From positions 64,001 to 128,000 of IMG/VR virus record IMGVR_UViG_3300000553_000006: a stretch of DNA of 64,000 nt. One strand, 5' to 3'. Of the stretch, positions 16,312 through 25,675 are shown one piece after another (the stretch's first letter is position 1; every line of letters begins with the position of its first letter). The stretch comes from a virus (taxonomy: Duplodnaviria > Heunggongvirae > Uroviricota > Caudoviricetes). The notes under the pieces are model-generated. The model ran no database searches, was not told the origin of the DNA, and worked only from the letters and a program-made list of their open reading frames with translations. The position numbers were made by a program, and so were the translations under genes.

Positions 16312-17273
16312 TAGCTCTTGCTACCAAGCTTACCTGGGTCTACTGTTGCAGCAGCACCAACTTGAGCAAGATCCATCAAAGTACCACCGAAGATGTATGA
16401 GCCTACGTGTTGTAGACCAATCCATGGGCATAGCCATACCTTAAGACCAGCATTACGAGCCCATTGACAGAACATGTAATCTTCTGACAAGTAACGGAAT
16501 GAGAACTCATTACCATCTACGTCGTGCTTGGTGTCATCAATAAAGGCTACGATTTCATCAGGAGTAGCTTCTGGGTTCTTCTCAAAGAACTTACGAATCT
16601 GAGTACGAATATGAGCATGCTTATTGTCAATCAGAGCATCAAAGAATGCCATGATTTCGCGAGAACCATCAAATGCCGCAGTGCGCACGTGGTCTGGTCT
16701 GTACATAAGCTCAGTATACTTTTCTTGCATCTTCAGTAGTGAAGACTTACGGATCATCATAAAGCCTGTTCCGCCTTCAAGAATTTCTGCAGGTTCAGTG
16801 AGAAGAATTTGGTTCTTGCCGCCAGCTGGATTGAATACGTAGTCACCAACAAAGCGTCCAAGATTATTTGGGTCTTGATCGGCCATACCCTTATCTACTG
16901 CAACCTTGATCTTTTCCCAAGCAATACACTTCTTTGGGTAAGGACCGCAGAGAATATCATATTCGCTATCTTCTGATTGCATAGCAAGCATGTTAAACAC
17001 ATCTTGAGCATTGAATCCAATGTCAGAGTCAATGAAGATCATGTGAGTACAATCAGAACGAATGAATTCGTCTACGCAGTAGTTACGAGCACGAGTGATC
17101 AAAGATTCGTTAAACAAGTAATAGAAGCGAACTTCAATACCATAGTGGGTTGACATTGCAGCAAGATCGTTAGTAGAACGACAGAACATACCAGCGCATT
17201 GTCCACCGTACATTGGTGTAGCTACGAACAGCTTACGCTTTTGCATTTCCTCGATAGGAACATTTACTTCCAT
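16311..17273 (-). CDS. GT-A fold glycosyltransferase-like protein
   Basis: LFVATPMYGG, ESLITRARN, FIDSDI (DxD), GTGFMMIRK, YLSEDYMFC, HVG. Confidence 0.8.
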   Translation of the reverse strand: MEVNVPIEEMQKRKLFVATPMYGGQCAGMFCRSTNDLAAMSTHYGIEVRFYYLFNESLITRARNYCVDEFIRSDCTHMIFIDSDIGFNAQDVFNMLAMQSEDSEYDILCGPYPKKCIAWEKIKVAVDKGMADQDPNNLGRFVGDYVFNPAGGKNQILLTEPAEILEGGTGFMMIRKSSLLKMQEKYTELMYRPDHVRTAAFDGSREIMAFFDALIDNKHAHIRTQIRKFFEKNPEATPDEIVAFIDDTKHDVDGNEFSFRYLSEDYMFCQWARNAGLKVWLCPWIGLQHVGSYIFGGTLMDLAQVGAAATVDPGKLGSKS

Positions 17274-17284
17274 TTGAAATCCTT

Positions 17285-17695
17285 TTATTGGTGCTTTTCA
17301 TCTCTCAAGTCTACGCCTGCACCGGAACCAAATCCAGACTCATCTAGAATTGGCTGTACTGATACTTCCATAAGAATCTCTGGCTTACTTGATGTTACTG
17401 GAGTAGCAGGAGTCTTTGTGGCTTGTTCTTGATCGTGAATGTGTAATTGAATGATTGCGTAGTGAATAACCTTTAGAAGATCACTACGCCAAGCAGCCGG
17501 ATCACCCTTGCGACCGTAACGTTGTGCATACTTAAGTACGTTACCGATACAGAAGCCTGTGCCGTGTCCTGAGTCAATAATGAACTCAGTTGCTTGATAT
17601 TTGTTTTGGGAATAGTGTTGACCGTAGGTCTTGTCGATGTAAGATTGAAGTTCGGCGAGCGTGGCGCCTTCATTATACTTGTAGTCAATAGTCAT
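17285..17695 (-). CDS. DUF3310/SaV-like protein (predicted nucleotide-processing)
   Basis: TYGQHY...GFCIGNVLKYAQRYGRKG...DLLKVIHYA. Confidence 0.75.
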   Translation of the reverse strand: MTIDYKYNEGATLAELQSYIDKTYGQHYSQNKYQATEFIIDSGHGTGFCIGNVLKYAQRYGRKGDPAAWRSDLLKVIHYAIIQLHIHDQEQATKTPATPVTSSKPEILMEVSVQPILDESGFGSGAGVDLRDEKHQ

Positions 17696-17724
17696 TGAAA
17701 CCTCACTGGATCATTCTTACGTTC

Positions 17725-17732
17725 TATTTATA
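17725..17732 (-). promoter_or_regulatory. Late promoter TATAAATA
   Basis: Exact T4 late consensus 30 nt upstream of the DUF3310-like start. Confidence 0.65.
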
Positions 17733-17745
17733 TAGCGCGTAGGGG

Positions 17746-18540
17746 TTAGTTGAAAAAATCTTCCAACGTATTTGTTGGAACTTCTGCGGTTCTGTCCTTC
17801 AGGCGAAGCTCTGCGTGGCCAGTTGTTTCACGAATATACATTGTGCAATGGTGTGGAAACATCTCAACGATCTTACAAATAGAATCATGGACGTATTCCT
17901 TGGTACGAATGGTTTGTAGACCACCATCTTCCTTGTAGTAGTTTGACTTGACAGTATAGTTGTCTAGTCTGCATACAGCACCGTTCTTGATGTATTGACG
18001 AATGCTGTATTCATAATCTTCACCGTGATTGGTAACACGAGCAAGGAATGGATCGTGTTCAACAATAACGCCGAACATAGAAGCAATCACATAACAAAGC
18101 TTTGTGTAAACGCGATCCTTCATGAAGTATGCGTTAGAAGCAGCGTAGATACCAAAGGTCTTGGCACCAACCTTTTCGCATTCTTCAAAGCCGCGTTCAA
18201 TGATTTCCTTTTCAAGATTGTCGATCGGACCAAGCTTTTGTTCACTGATCTTGCGTTGCACTTCCTCAACGTCATCGTCAAACATCATCAACTTGGTTCC
18301 TTCTGGATACCAGTTCTCGATGAAGTTACGTTGAGCACCAATAGTTGGAACACCAAGAACGATGTTCTGACAAGGAGTATCCTTCAGACTCTTAGTATAC
18401 GCGTCAAGTTCTTCTTCGTTAGCCACGAACACAGTGATCTTTGCTGGATCAATTTTGTGATGTTCAAGAACCTTCAGCGTCTTCTTCTTGATAGTTTCCG
18501 GTCTCTTATATGACGGAATAGCAATTTTATAGTCAATCAT
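17746..18540 (-). CDS. TET-associated (GREB1/JGT-like, TAGT) GT-A glycosyltransferase
   Basis: IAIPSYKR, MFDDDV, GEDYEYSI, GGLQ; coupled to a TET/JBP gene; ends NTLEDFFN. Confidence 0.8.
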   Translation of the reverse strand: MIDYKIAIPSYKRPETIKKKTLKVLEHHKIDPAKITVFVANEEELDAYTKSLKDTPCQNIVLGVPTIGAQRNFIENWYPEGTKLMMFDDDVEEVQRKISEQKLGPIDNLEKEIIERGFEECEKVGAKTFGIYAASNAYFMKDRVYTKLCYVIASMFGVIVEHDPFLARVTNHGEDYEYSIRQYIKNGAVCRLDNYTVKSNYYKEDGGLQTIRTKEYVHDSICKIVEMFPHHCTMYIRETTGHAELRLKDRTAEVPTNTLEDFFN

Positions 18541-19877
18541 TAAAAGAAATCCTCCAATGATCCGGCGGTAGCTTTACCGTAAGGATCTTCCATATTATGT
18601 TTGGCCATGTAATCAAACCACTCTTGCTCATCCCACATACCTGGAGAAACTCCATTCCAAAGCTTGCGCCAATATGGGTGATTCTTGTTAGCTCTACGTT
18701 CTTCTACGTATTGCTTACGTAGTTGTTCATACTCCCAAGACTTACAGTCAAGTAGATCTTCGCGAAGATAAGCAACGATAGTCATACGATCTGGATTTTC
18801 GCCACCGAGTGGAGCGTTTCCGTGAAGAGCAGTGTGATTGGCTACAAGAAGTAGATCACCTGGCTCTAGCTTAACGGCTGCTCTATACTCTGGTAGAATC
18901 AACTCAGCGCCTTCCCAACCTTTACCGAGAGCTGACAAATTAGAGAAGCCAGCAGCAAAGTCGCCAGCGTCAAGGTGAGCAGCTGTACGGAAGTTGTGAT
19001 TTACAGTGAGAGTACTAAAGACTGTTTCATCAATAGTGAAACGAGAATCTAGTTGATCAGCCGCGTAACGTTGAGCAGACCAACGTCGGGGAAGCAGTTC
19101 CCGGAAACAGTGGTTCAGTTTCTTAAGAAACTTGAATGACTTAGCAAAGTCGTCAGGGTATTTTTCGGTAAAGCTTGTAACACGCCCATAAGGAATTCTT
19201 GGATATCTTGAATAGAAGCCTGCAACACCGGACATAACTGTTTGGGCGTAGTTGGTTTCGGAGATAAAGTTGTCAAGAATGAATTGAGCTTCTTCTCTTC
19301 TTGTTGCATCATCTTTATTTGATAATCCCTCAACCCATCTGTCGAACCATCCAAAGTAGGGATCGTGGTGTGCACAGACCTCGCTACGTAACCATACGAA
19401 ACCACGTGTGATATCAACTTGCTTTCCTTCATGTCTCTTCTTGATAGCTTCTAGACTGTCATCGTCTAGTAGTGAGTTAGCTGTTCGAGTAAGGAACTCA
19501 AGAACTTCCACTTGATAAGGAGTAACCCACTCACGTCCGCCGCGACCAGAAGCATGCAGGAACTCACCGCGAGGACCAGCCGCCATCCCCCGATTTTGAG
19601 ATTCTGTGGCTGCGTTGATGAGTCCTTCATAGCATAGATCCTGTTCTTCTTGAGTGAACACATTCTTACGGAACATTACAAGAATATTATCTTCGTTCAT
19701 TGTTCCGTCAATAGAAGGTCCATAAACGTCAGTATCTTCAGTAATCAGAGTGTCATAATGACTCTCATCAAGAAACACACCACGTAGGTGGTCGCAGTTT
19801 AGTTTATTCTTGGCGTAGATTACATTTACATGTTTCTTGCGGCAAGGTTGATCACAGTCTTTAAGACAGTTCTTCAT
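18540..19877 (-). CDS. TET/JBP-family 2OG-Fe(II) dioxygenase
   Basis: FSTLTVNHNFRTAAHLDAGD (HxD), GDLLL...LHGN (distal His), RMTIVAYLRE (2OG Arg); ends GSLEDFF. ATG at 19877; the track starts at a TTG at 19901. Confidence 0.88.
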   Translation of the reverse strand: MKNCLKDCDQPCRKKHVNVIYAKNKLNCDHLRGVFLDESHYDTLITEDTDVYGPSIDGTMNEDNILVMFRKNVFTQEEQDLCYEGLINAATESQNRGMAAGPRGEFLHASGRGGREWVTPYQVEVLEFLTRTANSLLDDDSLEAIKKRHEGKQVDITRGFVWLRSEVCAHHDPYFGWFDRWVEGLSNKDDATRREEAQFILDNFISETNYAQTVMSGVAGFYSRYPRIPYGRVTSFTEKYPDDFAKSFKFLKKLNHCFRELLPRRWSAQRYAADQLDSRFTIDETVFSTLTVNHNFRTAAHLDAGDFAAGFSNLSALGKGWEGAELILPEYRAAVKLEPGDLLLVANHTALHGNAPLGGENPDRMTIVAYLREDLLDCKSWEYEQLRKQYVEERRANKNHPYWRKLWNGVSPGMWDEQEWFDYMAKHNMEDPYGKATAGSLEDFF

Positions 19878-19909
19878 TTGTATTCTTCCACGTTGAGTCA
19901 ATGATCAAG

Positions 19910-19951
19910 TATTTAGACAGATATTATACTACACTTTGACAAATTTGTCAA
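19910..19951 (-). promoter_or_regulatory. Tandem perfect sigma70 promoter and late promoter upstream of the TET gene
   Basis: TTGACA (19951-19946)-17 nt-TATAAT (19928-19923), followed by CTAAATA (19916-19910). Confidence 0.75.
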
Positions 19952-20450
19952 TAGCTTTTCTGGCGCGCTTGACCTTTTTCCATCTATTCATGGCTTGTTC
20001 TTTGTGGAACTTGTGAGCTCTATTGATGTGGCACACACCAATAAGGTGATCATACTCATGAAGAAATACTCGTGCTGACATACCATCTAGAGTCATTGTT
20101 TGTGACTCATTTGATGGGAATGTAAAACGAACCTTGATCATTCGAGGACGACGAATCTTTACTGCTAGACCTGGGTATGACAAACAACCTTCGTCAAGCA
20201 GAACTGTCTCTTCTGACATCTCAACAATACGTGGATTGATTACAATAGTTGCTGGCGTAGAAGCCATAGCAAAGATACGATAAGGAATACCGACCTGTGG
20301 TGCGGCAAGCCCAAGACCGTTTTCATTGATCATCTTCTGAGCCAAAGCTTCTGAGAACTCAAGAATATTGAATGGCGAATTATCAAAATTGAATCGTTCC
20401 GCTTCTTGAGTTAGAATTGGGTCGTCATAGTTTACTAGAGTAAGATCCAT
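19929..20450 (-). CDS. def: Peptide deformylase
   Basis: GLGLAAPQVG, EGCLS, HEYDHL; start at MDLTL after GAGGA. Confidence 0.95.
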   Translation of the reverse strand: MDLTLVNYDDPILTQEAERFNFDNSPFNILEFSEALAQKMINENGLGLAAPQVGIPYRIFAMASTPATIVINPRIVEMSEETVLLDEGCLSYPGLAVKIRRPRMIKVRFTFPSNESQTMTLDGMSARVFLHEYDHLIGVCHINRAHKFHKEQAMNRWKKVKRARKAIDKFVKV

Positions 20451-20580
20451 AGTATAGTTCCTCGTCGTCATGTACAATTGTTTTCTTTGGCTTAGGCTTT
20501 GGTTCAATACCAAGTAGAGAACGCTTTATTTCCTTTGCCATTTCACGTCGAAATTCATCTTCGTGTTCTTCTTCGTTCAT
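20425..20580 (-). CDS. Small hypothetical protein (51 aa)
   Basis: MNEEEHEDEFRREMAKEIK...; ATGA overlap with the MazG-like stop. Confidence 0.45.
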   Translation of the reverse strand: MNEEEHEDEFRREMAKEIKRSLLGIEPKPKPKKTIVHDDEELYYGSYSSKL

Positions 20581-20954
20581 AGATTCAATACTTTCCTTAG
20601 ATTAGGACTTTCGTAGTTTGGTCCCTTGATTACCTTACCGTCTTCACGGCGGACAGGTTTACCGTCAGCACCAAGCTTTGTCATGTTGCTTCTGTGAATT
20701 TCATCAAAGCAAGCATCAAGATCAATACCGAACGCTAGACCAGCACCATATACTACATATAGGATGTCTGTTAGTGCATCAGCAACTTCAACCAAATCTT
20801 TTTCTTTGATCGCGTCACGCAGTTCCTTGAACTCTTCACGAATCAAAGCAACGCGCAGATTTACAGTCTTTCTGTTTGGGAATTGAGGAGAAGGCTTGTT
20901 TTCTACTTCAAACTTCTCATGGAACTCAAGAACTTTTTGGAAATTACTCGTCAT
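20577..20954 (-). CDS. MazG-like / PRA-PH family NTP pyrophosphohydrolase
   Basis: LIREEFKEL, EVADALTDILYV, EIHRSNMTK, DGKVIKGPNY. Confidence 0.9.
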   Translation of the reverse strand: MTSNFQKVLEFHEKFEVENKPSPQFPNRKTVNLRVALIREEFKELRDAIKEKDLVEVADALTDILYVVYGAGLAFGIDLDACFDEIHRSNMTKLGADGKPVRREDGKVIKGPNYESPNLRKVLNL

Positions 20955-21307
20955 TCTACTATCCTTATATAACATGGCTTGCCAAGTTTGTTCATTTGTT
21001 GAATCATGTTTTTGGAACCCGGAGAAGATCCGTCCCAAAGAACGATGGCTGCATCTGCAATCTTTGCCATTTCAGCATTTCTGATTGGTCCTGCAGCCTT
21101 ACCGTGTTTGTTCCAGTCAGCTGGCATTTCAATAAGACCGAGGTTTGATACTCTGGCATACTTCTCGCCTAGAGAATCTACACCTCTCGCCTTACCACAT
21201 ACAACATCAGTTATAGTATAGCCTGAAAGCTTAATAGTTTCAAGCAAAATCTTATAACTCTCAAGGTCTTCAGGGAAATTTCTACTTCCGGCGATCACTA
21301 CTTTCAT
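20951..21307 (-). CDS. SLOG superfamily (YspA/DUF2493-like) protein
   Basis: KVVIAGSRNF, VVCGKARGVD, ADWNKHGKAAGPIRNAEM, WDGSSPGS. Confidence 0.85.
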   Translation of the reverse strand: MKVVIAGSRNFPEDLESYKILLETIKLSGYTITDVVCGKARGVDSLGEKYARVSNLGLIEMPADWNKHGKAAGPIRNAEMAKIADAAIVLWDGSSPGSKNMIQQMNKLGKPCYIRIVE

Positions 21308-21495
21308 ACTTTATCTCCATAGTTTTCCATTGCCCATTTATACTGACTGTGGTCAGGAGTGAGTAGTTCATCATTAATGTAAGTATCTCCAATCATGATA
21401 TTACGATATACCCAATAGGTGTTACCAAGATTATCATACGGACAGAATATACGTTCGCCAAGAGGTCCGCGAATTACTTCACTTGTCCAACTCAT
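21304..21495 (-). CDS. Small hypothetical protein
   Basis: 63 aa ORF coupled between gp46 and the SLOG gene. Confidence 0.55.
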   Translation of the reverse strand: MSWTSEVIRGPLGERIFCPYDNLGNTYWVYRNIMIGDTYINDELLTPDHSQYKWAMENYGDKV

Positions 21496-23213
21496 TAGTC
21501 TACCATCCTGCTAAAATTCTTGACTTTTTCAAACTTTACTACACGCTCAAACTTGTCACTGATGTTCTCAGTCTTGTGACTGATAATGAAGATGTTCGTA
21601 TCCTTTACAAGTGATTGTAAGATCTTCATAAATTCTTCAGAACCTGATGCATCCAGCGATCCATCAAAAATTTCATCCATGACAAGCAGATTGGTACTGT
21701 TGCTATTTCTGATCTTAGATATGGTTCTCCAACAAAGCATGAGAGCCAAGTCAATACGACACTTCTCACCTTCACTGAAGGACTCGTAGGAGAAATCGTC
21801 TCGGTATCTTGACTTGATTTTTTCATTGAAGTTCTCATCCAGCTCGAATTGAACGAAGAAGTCCATCGCAGCTAAATACTTATTTATAAGTTTGTTCATG
21901 ATCGGAATATACTGCTTGATGATCTTGGCTTTAATCCCGCCATCCTTCAGCAATACAGACGCGATGTCAAGAGTAGCCTTGTCATGAACAAGTTCTTCCT
22001 TCAACGCTTCATAACCAGCAGCCAATTCAGTCAGTTCTTTTAGCTTCTTCTTTTCTACACGAACCGAAGAGTCTTCAGAATTGATTGAGTTGATTTGATC
22101 TTCTTCAGAAGCGATTTGTTTTTCAATGAATTTGATCTGACTGTTGTTTGTGTTAAGTGTTTGATACAACTCAATAAGTCTGTCCTTTGTTTCCTTGATT
22201 TCAGCAAGGCGCAGACTTACTTTGTTCCACTCTTCCTCAAGTTTAGTTAGAGCATCTTCCGTCTCTGTGAGCGATTCAGTTTTGGAATCGATGGTCGTGC
22301 ATTTGAATTCATGATCGATTCCCTGTCTGCACGTTGGACAGGTATCATTGACACTGAAGAAAGTAATATCTGCTTTAAGCTTTCTGAGTTTGTCATCTAA
22401 TTGTTTCTCCAATTGAGTAATGGTAACGGATTTTTTACTTACAGCCGTCTCGTCTTCAACAGTTGTTTCAAGTTCGCTGATGGTTTTTTGTAGAGCTTCG
22501 TTCTCATTTACGAGTTCAGTTACGTTCTCTCTCATGTTATGAATAAGAAGCTTCTTACCATCCACAAGCTTTTGACTGTTTTGTTCTAAACTCTTGATGT
22601 GTTTCTTTTGCATCTCGATCTTCTCATCATGAAGATCGATTTGATACTTAACATCCATCAGAGCAGACTTATTCTCTGCAATCTTATCACGAAGTAATCC
22701 AAACATGACAGAGAAAATACCAATGTCAAGTAGATCTTCGTTAAATTCTCTACGAGCGTGCGCTGGCAGCTGCATAAACGGAACGTAGGTTGATGCGCCA
22801 AGAGTAACGATTTGAGTAAATGATTTGTGATTAAGCTTTAGAATATGCTTCTCAAGATAATCTTGATAGTCTCTAGAAGCAGCATCTTGATTGATCAGAG
22901 TTCCATTTTGGAAGATCTCAAATATCGTAGGCTTAATACCGCGTCTTACCTTATACTCATTTTGATTGATAGAAAATTCAATCTCACAAAGCAAACCCTT
23001 ACCATTGATACTGTTAATCAGCTGTGGCTTGTTAATCTTACGGAAAGGCTTACCATACAATGAGAATGAAATCGCATCAATGAAAGTACTCTTTCCGGCT
23101 CCATTTTGTCCAACAATTAGTGTAGTTTCATGAGAGCACAAGTCCATTTCTGTAAACACATTTCCGCTGGACAACAAATTCATCCATCTTACACACTTAA
23201 ATATAATCGCCAT
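21495..23213 (-). CDS. 46: Recombination endonuclease ATPase subunit (gp46, Rad50/SbcC-like)
   Basis: GQNGAGKST, CPTC hook, FSEGEK signature, LLVMDEIFD, ISHK. Confidence 0.97.
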   Translation of the reverse strand: MAIIFKCVRWMNLLSSGNVFTEMDLCSHETTLIVGQNGAGKSTFIDAISFSLYGKPFRKINKPQLINSINGKGLLCEIEFSINQNEYKVRRGIKPTIFEIFQNGTLINQDAASRDYQDYLEKHILKLNHKSFTQIVTLGASTYVPFMQLPAHARREFNEDLLDIGIFSVMFGLLRDKIAENKSALMDVKYQIDLHDEKIEMQKKHIKSLEQNSQKLVDGKKLLIHNMRENVTELVNENEALQKTISELETTVEDETAVSKKSVTITQLEKQLDDKLRKLKADITFFSVNDTCPTCRQGIDHEFKCTTIDSKTESLTETEDALTKLEEEWNKVSLRLAEIKETKDRLIELYQTLNTNNSQIKFIEKQIASEEDQINSINSEDSSVRVEKKKLKELTELAAGYEALKEELVHDKATLDIASVLLKDGGIKAKIIKQYIPIMNKLINKYLAAMDFFVQFELDENFNEKIKSRYRDDFSYESFSEGEKCRIDLALMLCWRTISKIRNSNSTNLLVMDEIFDGSLDASGSEEFMKILQSLVKDTNIFIISHKTENISDKFERVVKFEKVKNFSRMVD

Positions 23214-23214
23214 T

Positions 23215-23781
23215 TTAAGCCTTATCTATACAAGAAATGGTATGCCTAGAAATAACATTTGTGGCGTAGCTTTTACCACAGTTACTACAAAGCACCTTTG
23301 AGAATACTCTTCCTTTGTTGTAAGAATGTCCCATATGAGCTAATCTATTTTGTTCTTTAGCTGATTCGGTATGTTTCTTACCTTTGAATCCAGAAATCGT
23401 CCCTTTCTTTGATTCTGAAATTTTTGCAGCCCAAAGCTCTTTTTCTTTGAACTTTCTAGACTTTCCTGTTAAAGAATCTCTACGTTTTGCAATATGCTCT
23501 TCGGATTGAGATTTTCCTAATTTAGCAATTCGCATTTTATGTTTTGATTCATCACTACATTTAATACCCAATCTACCTAATTTTTGCGCTGTTTTTATTG
23601 CTTCAGCGTTTGTTATTTGACCTGATAAGGTTTGCCAAGCAATTTTATCTTGCCATCTACCATACATTTCATATAATTGTTTATGCGCTTCAGCATGCTC
23701 TTCTATAGACAATTCAATTAAATTATCTGGAGAATTAGATCCTCCAACATGTTTTGGTATTTTATGATGTTTGTGATACAT
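23215..23781 (-). mobile_element. HNH homing endonuclease with NUMOD3 repeats and C-terminal Zn finger
   Basis: HKHHKIPKHVGGSNSPDNLIELSIEEHAEAH; inserted between gp47 and gp46; AT-rich. Confidence 0.9.
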
Positions 23782-23783
23782 TA

Positions 23784-24851
23784 TTATTCTAAATTTACTG
23801 CTTCATAATAAAGAGAAGTCAATAATTTCTTTACTTGAACTGGATCTGAAGAAATTTCAGAAGCCATAGCATCAATTGTTTTGTTCAATATTGTTACTGT
23901 ATCTTCAACACCATCCACAATATCACTTTCATCTTCTAGTTGAAGACTCAACTCATCAGCAATAATTTCCATGTTCAATGGATTTGCTCGCTCAAGCTTG
24001 TCAATAAACATATCCAACCAGTATGGATTGTTCTTTTCCTTTACAATTACCTTAACATAAGTTCCGGTATATAGCTCAGGATCAAAGTCTAGAAGTGTTT
24101 CAATGCTGTGGTTAGCATCGTCATAGTATAATTTATTAAACATTGTATATGGGTTTGGTATAAAAGTCAAGCTTCTAGTATCGGTATCAAATACGTGAAA
24201 CCCTTTCTGATCACCATAGTCAGACCAAGTCATTTCATACGGACAACCCAGATAGTGAATGTTACCTCTATGTGACTTGTGATGAAGGTGACCAGAAGCA
24301 ACTAGATCAAACTTAGAGAATACGTTGGACTCAAGTCCATGATCAACGTAAGTTCCCTTGTACATTTCGAAGCCAACAATTTCCAGATGACCGAACAGTA
24401 CTTGAGCCTTAGTATTGTGTAGAAGCTCCATTGTTTCATCTTGATTATCTTGACAGATCCAAGGAATCAGAGCAATCTCAACACCATCGTATGTCTTTAC
24501 TTGAGGTCTATCCACAATGTTGTAACCCGCGTAACGATCAAACAGAAGGTCTGGTGAGTTTACATTGATGGTATTCTTGAAATATGATGTGTGATTACCT
24601 ACGATAAAATCGTATTGAATACCACGTGCTTCAAGTTGATCGAACCACATATCCTTGGCGCGCTTCAGAGTGAAGTAGTTTACAAACTTTCTTCTCTCGA
24701 ACGTGTCGCCAAGGTCGATTACGTTTGTAACATTGTGCTTGTCGATATATGGGAACACAATGTTTCTGTAAAATTTCTCATAGTAATCTAGAAAAGCAAT
24801 ATTATCATTACGAATACCAAAGTGTTGGTCAGTCATCAATACTATTTTCAT
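23784..24851 (-). CDS. 47: Recombination endonuclease nuclease subunit (gp47, Mre11/SbcD-like)
   Basis: TDQHFG, DLGD, VGNH, GHLE, SGHLH. Confidence 0.96.
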   Translation of the reverse strand: MKIVLMTDQHFGIRNDNIAFLDYYEKFYRNIVFPYIDKHNVTNVIDLGDTFERRKFVNYFTLKRAKDMWFDQLEARGIQYDFIVGNHTSYFKNTINVNSPDLLFDRYAGYNIVDRPQVKTYDGVEIALIPWICQDNQDETMELLHNTKAQVLFGHLEIVGFEMYKGTYVDHGLESNVFSKFDLVASGHLHHKSHRGNIHYLGCPYEMTWSDYGDQKGFHVFDTDTRSLTFIPNPYTMFNKLYYDDANHSIETLLDFDPELYTGTYVKVIVKEKNNPYWLDMFIDKLERANPLNMEIIADELSLQLEDESDIVDGVEDTVTILNKTIDAMASEISSDPVQVKKLLTSLYYEAVNLE

Positions 24852-25033
24852 ACTCTCGCCTTCTTGAAGTTAGCTTCACGATCATACTTTTCAATGTTAC
24901 TCTTGCAGAATTCTTGAATACTCAGTAGAGTAGTTCTGTAGTTGTAACGAATATTATCCGGAGTGTTTTTATCACTCAGCTTCAACGCCATATCAAGAAT
25001 CAGTGGCGGAATGTTGTTGTATTCCTTCTGCAT
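24848..25033 (-). CDS. Small hypothetical protein between gp55 and gp47
   Basis: 61 aa ORF overlapping both neighbours. Confidence 0.6.
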   Translation of the reverse strand: MQKEYNNIPPLILDMALKLSDKNTPDNIRYNYRTTLLSIQEFCKSNIEKYDREANFKKARV

Positions 25034-25631
25034 TGTTATCTTCCTCTATAAAAACTTCCACGCCCTTCTTCTTGGCGGGCTTGTTTTTGCTTTGCAGCTT
25101 TGCTTCGTAGTCAGTAACGAATTTATCCATTCTGTCTACGTGATCTTTGTAGTGGTGATTTGATCCCTTCTTGTGAGCAGGCATGTCAGTACCACCTTCT
25201 CCTGAACCCATGTATTCCATAAGCTCATCTAGAACATTTAGGTTCTCAAATACCTTGTACTTCACATAGGTTTGCTTATGTTCCTTGGCGATCCTATGCA
25301 AGAATGCATTATAAATGATCATTGTAAAATAAGCAAATGGATTATTTGACTTTTCTGGGTTGAAATTGTGCATATAAGCAATACAATTCTCAATTCCGTC
25401 GCCAATCATTTCTTCCTTGTAAGTATAGGAAATGAAGTTTGACTTATACGATAACTTAGTAGCAATTTTCAAAATACAAGAACCAATATACTCCGGAATT
25501 CTAGGAGCCGGAAGGTCGTTCTTCTTACATTCTCTATACTCATTAATGTATTTGATCATATGAGTATACAGCAATTTATTATCAACGTAGTGTGCAAGAG
25601 CTTTCTTGCCGGTAGCAACTTTTTTATTCAT
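24993..25631 (-). CDS. 55: Late-transcription sigma factor (gp55)
   Basis: HYVDNK, NFISYTYKEEMIGDGIENC, FNPEKSNNPFAYFT. Confidence 0.96.
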   Translation of the reverse strand: MNKKVATGKKALAHYVDNKLLYTHMIKYINEYRECKKNDLPAPRIPEYIGSCILKIATKLSYKSNFISYTYKEEMIGDGIENCIAYMHNFNPEKSNNPFAYFTMIIYNAFLHRIAKEHKQTYVKYKVFENLNVLDELMEYMGSGEGGTDMPAHKKGSNHHYKDHVDRMDKFVTDYEAKLQSKNKPAKKKGVEVFIEEDNNAEGIQQHSATDS

Positions 25632-25647
25632 CTAAGTACCTTTTTGC

Positions 25648-25675
25648 TTGACTTTTTTGCAGATCACGGTATAAT
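25648..25675 (+). promoter_or_regulatory. Sigma70-like promoter oriented antisense to the operon
   Basis: TTGACT-16 nt-TATAAT on the plus strand in the gap upstream of gp55. Confidence 0.5.
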
